This document shows positions 48,345 to 62,500 of a DNA stretch of 64,000 bases, piece after piece (the first letter of the stretch is position 1; every line of letters starts with the position of its first letter). Origin of the DNA: Pseudovirgaria hyperparasitica (Eukaryota); the NCBI GenBank assembly GCA_010093815.1, contig ML996579.1. The stretch is one strand, 5' to 3'. A program made the position numbers and the translations under genes. The notes below the pieces were generated by a model. That model had not been told where the DNA came from. It made no database searches and saw only the letters and a list, made by a program, of their open reading frames with translations.

Positions 48345-50945
48345 ATGAAGAACTTCAGACAGCGAGTTGTATGTCCCCCTGAGAACCCCACCTACCGCCC
48401 GGTTCCGTTTGTAGCTCTATTTTCCCACAATTGCAACGTATTGACCGGTCTGGCTGATATCACTAGCACGAACAGCTCTCTCGAGCTAAAGATTCATCTA
48501 AAAGCTCGTCGAAGAAGAAAGAGTCCAATTCAGGCACATCCTCACCCTCACATGGCGCCTCTACCAATTCCCCAGCTGGCTCAGGTCAAGCAACACCAAC
48601 TTCCTCCCAGACACAACTCGTAGACCCTCGAAACAAGCAAACAAGCTCGGGCGACAACACAAGTGGAGTAACGAGTGCGAACATGTCACAGACACATACT
48701 GGGATGAATTCGTCGAGCCCCAGTCCATTTATGCAGCAGACGCAGCAACAACAGCCCCAAGGTAGTTCAGCTGCACCTGGCGCACACACTCCAATTCGTG
48801 GAAACCAATCGCTACCTCCAAGCGTCGTGATTAGCCCGAGTGCTCCCGTAAGTTCAAGTGGTCATTGTTGTTTATGCGATTCTGTATTCCCTTTCAAACT
48901 TTCATGTGTTTGCAACCGTCGCCCATAGGCCGTCAAACTCTGCACAGCGATCACCAAGCGCGCAATTACTTCCTATGTGCTGACATGTAGCTCTCTGCAG
49001 CATATTCCTCCACCAGGAGCTGCGGAAACGATGCCAGGTGATCTCCTACCTCCACCCAAAGCAGGCCAAAAATCGCTCCTACTTGATCGACTTGGTACAA
49101 CGCCCAAAGATATTGCAGAAGGCATCCGGACTCCCAAACGTCAACACTCGTCAAGATTCGACATATCGGATCAGCGTGCAAGAGATTTGGAAAAACTTCC
49201 AGGGTTTCACGAAGTTGCTCCTCAAAAACGAGAGGAACTCTTCATGCAAAAGATTGATCAGTGCAATATCATATTCGACTTCAATGATGCTAGCGGCGAC
49301 ATGAAGTCAAAAGAGATCAAGCGTCTAGCGCTGCACGAACTACTAGACTATGTGGCGAACAACAGACAGGTCATCACCGAGCGGATGTACCCACGAGTGG
49401 TCGAGATGTTCAGCAAGAACCTCTTCCGACCAATTCCTCCCCCTATGAATCCACAAGGCGAAGCTTTCGACCCTGAAGAGGACGAGCCGGTACTGGAGGT
49501 GGCCTGGCCTCATATTCAGGTCGTTTACGAATTCTTCTTACGCTTCATCGAAAGTGCCGACTTCAATACCAATATTGCAAAGCAGTATATCGATCATGGC
49601 TTCGTTCTTCAGGTACTACTTGTGACAGTAAACTTGTAGCCAATGCTAACGCATTCAGCTTCTTGAGCTCTTCGATTCTGAGGATCCACGCGAACGGGAT
49701 TTCCTGAAAACAACGCTTCATCGAATCTATGGAAAGTTCCTTAACTTGCGCTCATATATCCGACGCTCGATTAATAACGTGTTTTTCCAATTTGTTTACG
49801 AAACAGAACGTTTCAATGGTGTCGCTGAACTGCTTGAGATCTTAGGATCAATTATCAATGGTTTTGCTTTACCTTTAAAAGAGGAGCATAAGTTGTTCTT
49901 GACGCGGGTGCTAATACCACTGCATAAAGTCAAAAGTCTTAGCATGTACCACCCGCAACTCGCTTACTGCATTGTCCAGTTCCTAGAGAAGGATGCTGCC
50001 TTGACTGAAGAAGTAAGTTGTACCTGTTGCAAACTAGTGGACGATACTGACACGAGAAGGTTGTTCTTGGACTTTTGCGCTACTGGCCTAAAGTAAACAG
50101 CACGAAGGAAGTCATGTTTCTCAATGAAGTTGAGGACATCTTTGAGGTGATGGATCCAGCCGAATTTGCCAAGGTTCAGGAACCTCTTTTCAACCAGCTT
50201 GCAAAATCCGTTGCAAGCCCACATTTTCAGGTTGCAGAGAGAGCACTTTATTTCTGGAACAACGAGTACTTCTGCAATCTTGTCAGTGACAATGTAGATG
50301 TCATCTTGCCCATCATGTTCACCCCGCTTTACGAAAACTCTAAAGGACATTGGAATAGGTGCGGAGCATTACTGCAATCACGCTAGCTTTATGCTAATTC
50401 CCAGTAGGACAATCCACGGTATGGTCTACAATGCCATGAAGCTGTTCATGGAGGTGAATCCTCAGCTTTTTGACGATTGCTCACATGAGTATGCGGAGAA
50501 TCAAAACAATGCTGGTCAGAAGCAACTAGAACGACAGGCTCGATGGGACAAGCTGGCTGAACTTGCCAAGCTGCAACAAAATGGCAGAATCCCTGTGTCC
50601 GATGGACGCGCAAAAGGCACGGAAGAATCAGATCCCCAGGAAAGCCAGAGACGTCTCGAAGCTCTTAGACTGAGAGACGACGAATCGGCCGATTCAGTAC
50701 AAGCCCGAAGACGGCAGGAGAAACTGAATCGGAAACCTGGGGACCTACGTGAGTCAGATCTGCCCTCTCCAAAAGCCATTCCAGCCACCACTGACTTCTG
50801 AACAGCAGCGTCGACAGCGAGTGAGGAGGTTCGGGGTCATCGTTCTGGTCGGTCTCGTAGCAATAGCAGACCAGGATCTGCCGGACTAGGCTCTGTTCCA
50901 GGACCAGTGCGAAGCAATTCAGGAGGGTCATCGCGGGTTGGATAA
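48345..50945 (+). CDS. RTS1: PP2A regulatory subunit B' (B56; Rts1/Par1-like), multi-exon
   Basis: [86 protein letters not shown] probable terminal exon lies at 50806-50945; without that splice the stop is at 50801. Confidence 0.93.
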
Positions 50946-51933
50946 CCGTATGCATACACGGCGTTTGTTTGTTGCGAGTACTACGATCGTGCGATGGCCT
51001 TACCATTCTTTCGCGCCAAGTGGGCGCATTACTTTTCGAGAAATGGGACTTGGTTGCATGTCATGCATGAGGTGTTGCGTCATCAGGGCGTTGAAGTATA
51101 CAGGCGAGGAGGTTCCTTTGCTACCATGTTGCTTGCTTTCCTGTCTCTACCTACCAAGACACCCGCAAAAGAAGCTGAAACCATGGAGTTGTTAATGCGT
51201 ACACAAGAGAGGATTCCCTTCTTGAACGACGTGCTTAGAGTGCTTAAAAAGGCGTTGTTTAGAAAAACATGCTCGTCATCACATTAGTATGGACGAACCA
51301 TGAAGTCTAGAGTAGCCTTGGAAGCTTGCTTTCATAGTAAATTATTGATTACAACCGGATGCTATAGAGTGCTCCGTCCCCGTACGGATGTCGGATCACA
51401 TGTCTAGACAACACCAACCATTCAATAATATACACCAACAACAAGCCAAGCTTCTGACCTTAAAGGCTGAGCAAAGCGAAACACGCGTCAAAGATTGGTC
51501 GCCAACAAGGTTGCATTGGCCAGGCAATATGACCAATCGAAGGAGCCAATTGGAGCGGCGCAAGTGCATTACTGTTGCTGCCGCCGCCACCGCGTTGGGG
51601 GAGAAGCTGGGCTGGTAGGTAAGGTTAGGTACGGGGAGCTTGCGCACCAATCTCCCGAACTCCTGAACATCCTAGCGCGATTTATTGACCTTCGGTCTTG
51701 CGAAATATTTACCACCTACGTTCTTTCTTCCATCTCTTCCTCCCCTTCTTCCCCCCAAACTAATCCTCCTCGTGTGCGCATATTATACCTTCTCGTCTTC
51801 ACTTCATCCGTCACTCCTTCGACTTCCTTGAATGACTTCGCATTGTTCTTAGACGTCCCTTTTCCGCGTCTTTGCCCCTTTCCCACATATCACCGAGTGG
51901 CTCATCATAACCTTGACCTGTCAACGCCCCAAC

Positions 51934-53113
51934 ATGTCAAAGCCTGACTGGATCCGTTACGGCGTACCGACGCTCGACAGGCCGTTTGGACTTGAATTAT
52001 GGCCTATCTTCGAGAAGGCATTCGAATCAGTGAAGGGTTATAAACCCCAAGACTTCCGCTTCACCCCGGGCGAAACTCCCATCTCGACCTTTTCAGTTAC
52101 TGCCACAATCTTGGTATCATACTATATTATAATCTTTGGTGGACGTGAGGTTATGCGCAACAGACCTGCGTACAAACTTAATGGCTTGTTCAAGATCCAC
52201 AACTTCTACCTGACCGCCATCAGCGGCGCGCTACTTGCCCTCTTTGCAGAGCAATTGATCCCAACTGTGTGGAGACATGGCGTTTTCTATGCTATTTGCG
52301 ATCACTCTGGAGGTTGGACTGATAAATTGGTTATTCTCTACTACGTAAGCAAAGCCCGCCGTAGATCCGCGTCTTGTTCGCTGATGAATCTCCAGCTAAA
52401 TTACCTCACCAAATTCGTTGAGCTGATCGACACTTGCTTCCTATTCCTTAAAAAGAAGCCACTCAGTACGTATCTCGAAAGCACCGTATCTCTTTCAACT
52501 GCTAACAGATTGGAAGCGTTTCTGCATACCTATCACCACGGTGCCACGGCTCTCCTCTGCTACACCCAGCTCATCGGACATACCTCTGTTTCGTGGGTTC
52601 CCATCACCCTCAATCTCATGGTGCATGTCGTTATGTACTGGTACTACTTCCAGAGCGCTCGTGGGATTCGCATATGGTGGAAGAAGTATATCACAATCAT
52701 GCAAATTACCCAATTCGTACTTGATCTAGGTCAGTCCGCGGTATCGTAGTTTGCATATGCAAGACTAACAATTCTTAGGCTTCGTCTACTTTGCATCTTA
52801 CACCTACTTCAGCTCCACGTACTGGCCAAACATGCCCAGCTACGGCAAATGCGCCGGCGAGGAATTTGCTGCTATCGCGGGTATTTGCATCCTTACTTCG
52901 TACCTCGTTCTGTTCATTGGGTTCTATATTGCGACATACAAGAAGCCACTTCCCAAGGGTCGCCCACGTGCTACCAGTGCACTTATCGAAATGGCCGATG
53001 AGAAGATTCCTACTATCCAAGAAACTCGCAGACGTCTTTCGAGCGCTGGAAACATGCCATATGCGTCGGGTGCTCAAGCCAACGGTCGCGTCACCCGATC
53101 ACGTAAGGCCTAG
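51934..53113 (+). CDS. Very-long-chain fatty acid elongase (ELO/GNS1/SUR4 family), 4 exons
   Basis: LNYLTKFVELIDT, FLHTYHHGAT, NLMVHVVMYWYY, TIMQITQF; C-terminal di-basic ER-retention-like RSRKA. Confidence 0.95.
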
Positions 53114-53683
53114 GCTCAGCAGTGCGGATATCGTGGAAACATTTTGCAGCTGTTCTTGACTCGGGCCCTGAAGCATACGTTCTGTGCCAAGGATGTCAGA
53201 ACAAACGACCCCATCGCATGTTGGAAGGGCTTATTTAAGGCCTCAGATCTCCAATTTCTTGTTTTGAATTAGGGTAAATAAGCATAAATGGGAGGTTACG
53301 AACGGGTACTGTATGAATATGTGATATGGGAGGGACGTAGAGCATAGAGCCTCCTGATGCCCAGCCCGGGCGGAAAGGGCATAAGCAAAAGCCCAGAATC
53401 ATATAAGATTAACGCAATAGAGATTGGATCTATATCCTGGCTTGAAATAACTGTGGTGTAATTAGCATATGTGCAAGAGGTCAAAGCCGACTCCCTAACC
53501 TTTTAAAATACGTCACGTGTGCCTCCTTGTCGTTCGAAAGTGCAGTGTCTTCGGCTGAAGAGGCTTAGTTCAATTCTTGGCAGAACGAACTTCACTTCGT
53601 TAAACTTCACTTGCAGCGTCATTACGACTTTACTTGCCTCTCGCGAACCCACATCTCGACCCTCTCCACTCCAGTCTTTCGCA

Positions 53684-54504
53684 ATGTCGGCGAGCAGTAT
53701 CTTCCGCATTACCTCGCGAGCTCGCACGCCTGCGCTGAGGGCGGTCCGCCGTCCTATTGCCCCGAAGCGTGCCGGCTTCGTGACTCCCGTTTACAAGAGC
53801 TTCAGCAGCACCGCAAGACAACTCTCTGACTCTCATGGAGAGGAAACGTTCGAGGAATTCACTGCCAGGTACGATTGATCAATGGAAGAGATGGGCGACA
53901 GCCAATGGCTGCGCGGAGGACAGCTATTGAACCTTTGTTCAATTAAAGCTCTTTGCGTCTTATTAGGGGATACCAGAGTTCAGTTGGATAGCTGCTAGCA
54001 ACAGTGGCCAGACTGGGCCAGGTCGCGTCTTAAGATAATACTAACTTTGGGCAGATATGAAAAGGAATTTGAGAATGTAACCGATGTCTTCGAGCTTCAG
54101 GTATGCTCCTCGACCAGGCACCTCGGTGGCTATCAGAATTGACACTCGTCCCAGAGGAACCTCAACAACGCATTCGCATATGATCTTGTTCCTTCGCCAA
54201 CCGTACTCATCGCTGCTCTCCGTGCTGCCAGGAGGATCAATGACTTCCCAACCGCTATACGCGTTTTCGAGGGTATGTATTCATACAAATATACAACTTT
54301 ATTCGTCGGCTGTGGTCTCATTACGAACCACGCGGAACGAGAAGACCTCGCTGTGGAACAGACTAACCATGACTTCCAGGCATCAAGGCTAAGGTTGAAA
54401 ACCCCTCCCAATACGAAGAATATCTCAAGGAGCTCGAGCCAATACGGGAGGAACTTGGTGTCCCATTGAGGGAAGACATTTACCCCGATATCAACTCATT
54501 CTAA
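53684..54504 (+). CDS. COX6: Cytochrome c oxidase subunit VI (mammalian Va), 4 exons
   Basis: Presequence, then HGEETFEEFTAR|YEKEFENVTDVFELQ|RNLNNAFAYDLVPSP...AARRINDFPTAIRVFE|GIKAKVENPSQYEEYLKELEPIREELGV; stop TAA at 54504. Confidence 0.95.
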
Positions 54505-55048
54505 GAAGTAACAACTTTTAAGTAAGGGTACCCAGACCCACAGCAGATAGACCTTTGGGCGCGGGCTAGTTTGTATCATCAATACCGGGAGACAGTCGAT
54601 GCCAAGTGTGCTTAGAGGAATAACGGTAGCTACTACCATGTACAGAACCCCAATTGACTGTGTTCCGTTTGTGCATCTGATGTCAGAATCGTACGCATAT
54701 ATTACCGTGAGAATTGATTATTTGTTACAGTCTTAGGGCCGTATCACACCGCAACATCTGATCTAGACATGTTTCGAATTATGGATGCATAATGATCTCT
54801 CTGGCCAAGCACTACCATTCGCACAATCCGAGCATGGGGATGGTGTTTGATCAAGGATCTTCGAAATGGTTATGAAATCTAAGGAGGTATACGGAGCATG
54901 CTGATGTTTCTTGCATGTATGATCTCTATACTCATACAATAAACTCCCAACCGAAACGCCAACGCTTGTGAGGCGCGGTCTGTGCCTGCGCAGTTTCCCT
55001 ATAGTTTAATTTACAATTCAGAACTCATAATCTTCATCACGTGTAGCC

Positions 55049-56292
55049 CTAGCCATGCCCAGCATATTTAAACCAACTCGGCCGACAATCCTCTTTGTAC
55101 AAGAACGGCTCGCCGTCTGTGAGAACGCCCGTCTTACAGCCCTTACACTTTGGCGAATTAGGGCAGTTGAAGAAGGGAATATGCTGGTACCCAATATCTC
55201 GGAACCAGTGGATCTTCTCCTTGTCCTCGAACAGCCCCAGGGCAATTGAATGCACCGGCGCATCGCCCCAGCGCTCGTAGAAGAACCCACCCGCACGATC
55301 CAGGTGCGCAAAGTAATCCTCGTATGCGGGCGAGCGCCAGAATTCCATATCTGCGACCTCGAAATTTGACCAGAAATGGCACGTGGAGTAGCCGCCGGCC
55401 TTGAGGTTGTGCTCCGGGCGTGTGGCGCTGTCGGTGACCCAATCAAGGGCGTTATTTTTGTGCAAGTATTCGGGATGGTCGGCGATGAATTTCTCTGTCT
55501 CGGGCCACAGGGTGGCGACGCTTTGGGGGCTGTCGTAGAGGTTTATTGTGAAGCCGTAGGTTTTGTTGTGGTCCTGCATGTAGGCGAAGACGTCGTAGTC
55601 GACGTCGCAGAAGAAATGAACGTTGGGCTCAACGCGCCAGTAGTATCGTACGTCTTGAAGCGCCGGCAGGTGGTAGAACATGCCGCTGTTCCAGCGGCAC
55701 ATTTGGTGGTATGATGTCTTGCCCATGTATTGCACGTTTTGCTCGGTGAGGATCTCGACGGACTCGTGGTAGAGGTCGTCATTAATCCAGGAGGGGACGG
55801 CCCAGTGGTCTTCGGGCACGATTTCGTAGCGCACTTCGGCTTTGGTTGCTGCTCTCGTTTTCCGCTTGAACTCTTCTGAGAATGGCTTGTCGTTTATGAA
55901 CAACCAGGGGTAATTGAATTTGTGGTTCCATGTGCGCTCTAGGTCACGCATGGATTGGAGAAGGTCGTTGACTTCTTCATTGCGGACGAGGGAGAGGAGG
56001 GTGGCATTTATACGAGCGGACTTGGGATTGTTGGGAGCGTAGTTGTCGCCATCGACTCGGCGGAGTGGTTCAGGTGGCTCCCCGGTCGCTGCCCGGTGTC
56101 AGTGTACTTTCATCGGAAGCGGAAGCACTTGGACTTACGTTCGTAATTAGGGTCTCTGAAGTCCCCCTGATATTTTGGAAAGCCCGTCGGGGTGTCTAAT
56201 TTACTTGGGGATCTGAACAGAATGACCAAGAGGTAAACAAACAGGCCCAAAGTTAGCAAGGCCAGTAGCCGCATACCCCGAGGCAGCGACAT
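55049..56292 (-). CDS. KRE2/KTR family alpha-1,2-mannosyltransferase (GT15), 2 exons
   Basis: Type II TM anchor, INATLLSLVRNEE, SYHQMCRWNSG, YYWRVEP, CHFWSNFEV, GGFFYERWGDAPVHS. Confidence 0.93.
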
Positions 56293-56569
56293 TGTGCATT
56301 AGGAATGACAGCGATTACGTCCTCGAGACTGGAACAAAGAAGGATGCAAATCGCAGCCTTAAATTGCATGCGACGCATACGCAGCTTTGACAGGGATGGA
56401 TAAGCAAACGGAAAGATAGATAAGGCTTAGTTTGGTAGGTTCGAGCTTGAACGAGCCTGCCCGCAACACGTGAAATTCTCGACTAATTACAACTACGCGA
56501 CGCGCTTTGGGACACACAATGTCAACCAATGTTTTGCGAGATGCAACAAAACAATGGACATGATGAAAT

Positions 56570-59307
56570 ATGGCGCATACTGCGAGACTAAATACCCTCA
56601 CAAATGATTTGATCAGATCCTTGACTGGTCTAGATCCTGCAAAGAAATGTGACGCTTCCAGATTCAAGAAAGCAAAAGAACTAGCTGCACGAGAACTACG
56701 GACTTCTCAGCATGGGCGTACGAATCAATTTGCTGTTCAGGAGCGGCTGTCTGGCTTGGAGGAGAAGTTTTTTGTGTTAGGTCGGGAAGATTTGGCTAAA
56801 GCTATCAAATTTCGATTGAAGGAGCTGGACAAGCAGAGGTTCAGATGGACTCCAGAATGTTTGTCACTCATGCTGGAACTTTCGAATCAGCCCGCGACAA
56901 ATGTAGATCTCAATGAGTTGGAGCATTTGAGGCCTCCAGAACCTCAGCCAATACTGACGTGGGAGGAGATCATTGCTGATGATCCCATGGACGAAAATGG
57001 TATCTGGGAGGATATCGACTATGTGGTTCCATCTTCTGAAGACGAACTTGAGGAGGAAGAAGAGCTCCGTAAGACTGTATCTACGGCCATCATGAAACAA
57101 GCAAGCGACATCATCGCTCCTGATTCATGTCTTCTGCCCATGGACGATGCCCAGACTCACTCGCTGACCAGAAATCAGTTCTGGAGGTCTAATGCGAGGC
57201 GAAACGATGCCGAGGATTATGATTCAGGCATCGATACAGATGCCGAGACTACCAACAGCATAACTGAGATCCAAGCGATTCGCGAAATTCTTTTCATGTT
57301 AGGAGGCTTGCCGACGTCATTGTTTCGCGTATATAACAGTGAGCAACCAGTTGAGTATAACGGTAACTTTGTCCTGAGTCACATTTCTTCTGTCCAATTT
57401 CGCGCTGTTCTGGATGAGTTCAGTTCGATAGGAGGGCCTTTGCTCCGCCTACGACATTGGGTTGAGCAAGAGCAAAGTGCGTCTCTCCTCCAAACATTCC
57501 AGAGTGCCGTAGAAGCGAAGCTCCACTCATTCGACACAGAGCTTTCAGAACTTCACCAACAGCATATTCAAACCAATGCCAAAGTCTTGGTTAGTCTTCA
57601 ACAGCTGCTCACCAAAGTTCAACACCTGGCGAGACCTCTACAGCGCCTTTCCGAGGTCGTTGTCCGTGTGGCCGTGAAATCAAGCCCTGTTCCATATGTG
57701 TTTTTAGAAGAACTGTTTGGAGTGACCAGCATGGCACAATTGCTTGGCGAGACCGACGTCTATGAGTCTCTTGGGACTATCTTCTTCCAATGCTTTCAAA
57801 CTTATTTACGACCAATCAGGCAATGGATGGAAAGCGGCCAGCTTAACCTAGACAAGGACAGCTTCTTCATTGAGGAAAGCAACTCGAAAATAGATATGTC
57901 TTCGCTTTGGCACGACCGCTTCAGACTTCGATCCAACACCTTGGGTCAATTATATGCTCCGAAATTTCTTCAACCTCGGACGAAGAGAATATTCAATACA
58001 GGGAAAAGCGTCGTGTTTCTGCAAGAGCTAGGACAAACCTCAGGGGCATGGTCTAGCACAAGTCCAGAACCTCGACTAGACTTTGATGCGGTCTGTTGCA
58101 ATGCTAATAGCTCGGCAATCGAGCCCTTTTCCAGTCAATTCGACGCGGCCTTTGACGAATGGATCCAAAGTAAACACAGTCTGGCGTCTGAAATACTTCG
58201 AAAGCATCTCTACATTAATAGTGGGCTTTGGAGAGCACTTGATGCACTTGAGCTCGTCTTCCTCAGCCGAAATGGCGTTTTGTTGCAAACTTTCGCCGAT
58301 GCCATGTTCGAAAAGTTGGATGGCAAAACCAATACATGGAATGATCGTTTCGTCATGACAGATGTGGCACACCAGATCTTTGGTGAGCTTGTATGTGTAG
58401 ATGCTGAAAAGCTGACCGTTCGCACCACGGCGCCTAAGCACTCAGGAAGGACTCTCAAGAATCTAGCGTCAATCTCTATTGACTACACCGTGAGTTTCCT
58501 CTCGATGTTTTTACTCTATGGCCTAACATAAAGAAGCTATCATGGCCGCTCCTAAACATTATCCCCCGAACTGCCATCCCAACATTCCAACAAACCACCC
58601 GCCTCCTCCTCCAATGCTACCGCGCAAAATACCTCCTTCAGCAACGCACCATTCCCTTCCCATCCCACTACAAAGGCCGAAAGGATCGAACCACCCACCT
58701 CGCCGCCTACCTCCGCCACAGACTCATCTGGTTCGCGGATTGCATGCGCTCCCACGTCTCCGAAATAGTCCTGCCAAAGCTCACCTCTGATCTCCGCGCC
58801 TCCCTTGCCACCGCCGACGACATTGACGAGATGGCCCTCGTCGTCGGCAGCTTCGTGTCCAAGCTGCAGGACCAGTGTTTGCTAGCCAAGAACCTGGCTC
58901 CCATCATGCAAGCCGTTGTGGGCATCTTGGACCTCGCCGTCGCGCTTTCGGATGCGCTGTCCAGAGACTCGCAGTCCGGACTCTTCACGTCGCGCAGGGT
59001 GCCGAGTAAGGGGAGTATTGTGGGGAGGTCGGAGGCCAGTTGGCGCTCGCGGAAGCGTCATGATGAGTCAGACGAGGAGGAGGAGGAGGAAGAGGAGGGT
59101 AGTGATGATGAGGGGTATAGTGGCGATGGCGAAGACGTGCCGTCGCTCGGCACCCTTGTGGAGACGCTGGACAGGGCGCGGGAAGAGTTTGATAGGTTGT
59201 TGCCGTTTGTCGTTGCTGGGCTGAAGGGCGTGGCTAGGGCGAGGGGAGGATTAGAGTGGCAGTTGCTGGTTGATAAGTTAGATTGGGAGGGCAAGGGTGA
59301 TGTATGA
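56570..59307 (+). CDS. Gamma-tubulin complex component, Spc97/Spc98 family (GCP5-like), 2 exons
   Basis: RTNQFAV, LMLELSNQP, ITEIQAIREILFMLGGLPTSLF, YLRPIRQWMESG, APKFL...IFNTGKSVVFL. The intron at 58490-~58536 joins IDYT to LSWPLLNII. Confidence 0.85.
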
Positions 59308-59570
59308 GTATCGTAGCCAGCTTGCACAGGTCCTGATATCGATATGTTCGAACGTACCGCCACGATACGATATGTCTATAAAAGCTAATATGCTACAAGT
59401 CTATGATACTGGATTTTTTTAGCCGTCTATTCGGTTTGCCTAGATGCCTGGACCCATAAATTGATATCTCGAACTCGCCTTTCCTTACATGCAGAAACAT
59501 AAGAAATCTCGCTGCTGGAAATGCGACTTTCAGTCCTTCGCCAGCACCGAAGACACCCATACCACCTCTT

Positions 59571-62500
59571 TCAGCCTACCCACCTTCTCGCACTTTTGAA
59601 GAGCCGGATCCAAGGCCCATACTCACCCCACTCCTTGGCCTGTTCCTCGGGGTAGTAGCTAGCCACCTCTTTAAGCACAGTCCGTTCCGGATGCGGCATC
59701 ATAGCCAGGACTTTCCCGTCCGGCGTCCTCACACCCGTGATACCCAACGGGCTACCATTAGGATTCGCCGGATACTCCTCCGTCTGATTGAGGTGATTGT
59801 CGACGTACCGCATCGACACAAGCCCACGCTCGTACAGTGCCTGGGGCGTGACGCTAGACGCGACATCAGCAGGAAACGTGGCGCGGCCTTCGCCGTGCGC
59901 GACGGCAATCGGAATGCTGGAGCCATGCATGCCATGTAAGAAGGCGGATGGCTGGATGGGGTATCCGTCTGTAGCAGCGCGCGGGGGATCCATGACCTCG
60001 ACCATACACACGCGCGCTTCGTACTGCTCAGACACATTACGCTCGAATGTGGGCCAGCTATCAGCGCCCGGGATAAGTTCCTTCAGGCGGGACAAGAACT
60101 GACAGCCATTACAGACACCGAGGGTAAATGTGTCTTTGCGTTCGAAGTAGTCTATGAATTCGCGACGTGTGTCGGCATTGTAGAGGACTGACTTCGCCCA
60201 GCCCTGGCCGGCGCCGAGCACGTCGCCGTAGGAGAAGCCGCCACAAGCAGCGAGGCCGACGAACGAGGCGAGAGAAACCCGTCCGTTGATGATGTCGGTC
60301 ATGTGTACATCGATGGGGGAGAAGCCGGCGCTGGCGAAGGCAAAGGCCATTTCAGCTTGGCCGTTGACACCTTCTTCGCGGAGAATGGCGACGCGGGGTT
60401 TCGTGGAGATGACTGATGTGATGGAGGTTTTTAGGGGTAGGATGGATTCTTGGGGATTGTATGTGAGATTGAAGCTTAGGCCGGGGTTTGCGTCTTCTAA
60501 GATGCTGGCATATTCACTCTCGGCACATGCAGGGTTGTCGCGTAATCGCTGCATGTGGTAGGATGTTGCGGACCAGCGCTGCTGAAGCTTGCTCCTGCTT
60601 CCCCTATATATGAGATCCATGCCATGACGCAACGACAACTCTTGTTTCGAGGTTGCTGGGATACGTCCAATCTTCTTGATCAGCCCAGGGGGAGGGCCAC
60701 ATGTAGCAAAGCACTTGTTGAACCGGATCTCATCCTTCTTCCTTATCTGGAACACAGCACCCAGCTCTTCATTGAAAAGTGCTTCCAACAGAGAGGGGAC
60801 ATCTTTTGTAGGACATATGTTCTCAAGGGATATCTCGAGTCCGCATCGGCCAGCAAACATCATTTCCACAAGCGTAGTGAACAGCCCACCTTCTGATCGA
60901 TCATGATAGGCGAGCACGATTTCCTCCTCATGAAGTTGCTCGATAGCATCATAGTAATCCTTGATCAAATCCACATCCCTGACATCGGGGCACTCGTCCC
61001 CGATTTGACCGAAAACCTGTGCTAGAGCAGAAGCTCCCATTGATTTCATGCCTTGGGCGAGATCGACAAACATGATAACAGTCTCTCCAACATCTTCGAT
61101 TCTGCGGAGTGCTGGGGTCCAAGTCCAGTCGATCCTATTGACGGGAGCGAAAGCAGAAATTACGAGCGAAAGAGGTGCTGTAACTTCTTTGGGTTCCTTC
61201 GAAGACTGATCTGACCATTTCATTTTCATCGACATCGAGTCTTTCCCCACGGGAATGCTAATCCCAAGCCTAGGGCAAAGATCCATACCAATGGCTTCGA
61301 CAGCTTCATAGAGATTGGCTCCCTCTCCTGGATGACTACTGGCTGCCATCCAATTTGCGGAAAGTCGCACACGCTCGAGGCGGTTGAATGTACTTGCTGC
61401 AGCCAGATTCATGAGTGATTCCACGACTGCCATGCGTGCCGATGCTGCCGGTGATATCAAAGCATGGAGAGGTTTTTCGCCCATACACATGGCCTCTCCA
61501 GTCTTGATACCCCCTTGTAGTGATGTCGCTGTGACGGATACATCTGCAACCGGTGTCTGGTAGGGACCAACCATTTGATCTCGGACAGTCAGACCACCAA
61601 CCGTCCGATCGCCAATGGTGATGAGGAAAGACTTTGATCCAACAGCAGGGAGAGCCAGGACCCTTTCTATGGCCTCGTCTAGCAGCTTATCATTTGGGTG
61701 GCTTGGAAGGTATGTCGATAGGCTCGAGTCGAACTTTGGTAGGCGTAGTTTCCGTGACTCTACTATCCGTGACATCTTTGGTGGCTTGCCGAAAAGGATA
61801 GACATTGGTAGATCGATCGGTGTCGGATGATCCTTGGAGTCTCGATCCATCAGGATGAGTTGCTTCCCCTCATCGGATTCACTACCGGTCGCGGTACCAA
61901 CCTTGGAGTATCCGCACCTTTCGCGCTTGCATATTCTCTCGAACTCCGCAACTCTCCCGGGGGCGACCGCTAAGACATATCTCTCCTGGGCCTCGCAACA
62001 CCATATCTCCATGGGGCTCATACCCTTATCTGTGTTGTCAACCTCACGCAATTCGAACTTAGCTCCAAGCCCGGCGTCATGAACAAGCTCTGGCAAGGCA
62101 TTCGACAGGCCACCAGCACCAACGTCATGTATCAGTCGAATAGGGTTGTTAGTCGCCATAGCCGTGCAAGTATTGATGACCTCCTGTGCTCTTCTTTGAA
62201 CCTCCGCATTCCCTCTTTGCACACTGGCGAAATCTAGCTCTGCAGAGCCTTCTCCTGACGAGATACTAGAAGCAGCACCACCTCCAAGCCCGATCAACAT
62301 TGCCGGGCCTCCAATGACGAAGATCTGCGCTCCAGGACCTACCAGCCCTTCTTCTTTGACAGCATACTGGGGTCTGACTGTACCAACACCTCCAGCAATC
62401 ATGATGGGCTTGTGATATCCGCGAATCTCGGTGGTCTTGTCATCGATAGGGGCCTCTGTGGTAAGCGTGCGCCAATAGCCACTTGTGGCAGGGCGTCCAA

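Noticed and set aside
51490..51655. Cluster of CCAAT/ATTGG boxes upstream of the elongase gene
   Set aside because: Plausible HAP-complex sites, but 5-mers are too common to support a call without conservation data.
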